64,000 nt of DNA from a virus. Shown here in pieces: positions 63,647 through 64,000 of this stretch. How positions within the stretch are numbered: the stretch's first letter is position 1; each line of letters opens with the position of its first letter. Position numbers and translations under genes: made by a program. The stretch lies in the IMG/VR virus record IMGVR_UViG_3300021964_000015, one strand, 5' to 3'. Under the pieces are notes generated by a model, which was not told the origin of the DNA, ran no database searches, and was given only the letters and a program-made list of their open reading frames with translations.

Positions 63647-64000
63647 TGACATTAACAGCTGGCAACCTGGTTCTTGATTCAACGCCTGATCCGTTTTATG
63701 ACGGAAATCAGCAACCTAGCCTAGATCTGCGGTTTGCTGAAAGCAAAACGCTAAACGATTATGTGACCGCTACGCCGCTTGTGGATCACCAGCGGAACAT
63801 GAATAGTTCTGTCTTTAGTCCTGGTACTTTTGTCAATAGTAGTGGGCTGGTTGAAACGGCCAAGGTTAACTTACTTCCTTACAGCAAAGACAATCTGGGT
63901 TGGTCAACTCAGGATATGAACAACGATGGTGCTGTTGAAGGTCCGCCAGGCGAGGGGCGAGCAACACGTTTTACAAGCGTTGGCGGTACTGTTGCTTCTC
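63646..64000 (+). CDS. fibre/spike protein (partial)
   Basis: PSLDLRFAESKTL...GTFVNSSGLVET...NLLPYS, open to the window end. Confidence 0.7.
   Translation, partial: MTLTAGNLVLDSTPDPFYDGNQQPSLDLRFAESKTLNDYVTATPLVDHQRNMNSSVFSPGTFVNSSGLVETAKVNLLPYSKDNLGWSTQDMNNDGAVEGPPGEGRATRFTSVGGTVAS

Overview
64 kb of a tailed dsDNA bacteriophage, very probably a cyanophage of picocyanobacteria (NblA-like, CP12-like, Dps and typical cyanophage small ORFs). No host genes, rRNA, canonical tRNA or CRISPR were seen. Layout: (1) 1-3.7 kb, minus-strand array of small early-type ORFs separated by two families of covarying structured repeats; (2) 4.5-13.8 kb, Gly/Ala-rich probable internal virion proteins; (3) terminase, portal, scaffold-like, major capsid and neck genes (14-32 kb); (4) lysozymes, NblA, DUF3310, dCTP deaminase, a degenerate methyltransferase and HTH proteins; (5) a fibre and endolysin module; (6) a candidate origin with long inverted repeats beside a GT4 and a primase-helicase; (7) a Gmd + ColD-like + two glycosyltransferase locus; (8) Dps and tail-fibre genes. 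The best-supported hidden feature is a group I intron (19918-20743) after codon 4 of the major capsid gene, carrying an antisense HNH endonuclease with its own sigma70-like promoter. Other highlights: a 530-nt portal/scaffold overprint, a recurring AG[K/R]Y motif, a second antisense endonuclease looped out by paired flanks at a gene start, and a 40-aa CP12-tail-only protein missed by the ORF track. All assignments are by eye and from remembered motifs; no database searches were run.
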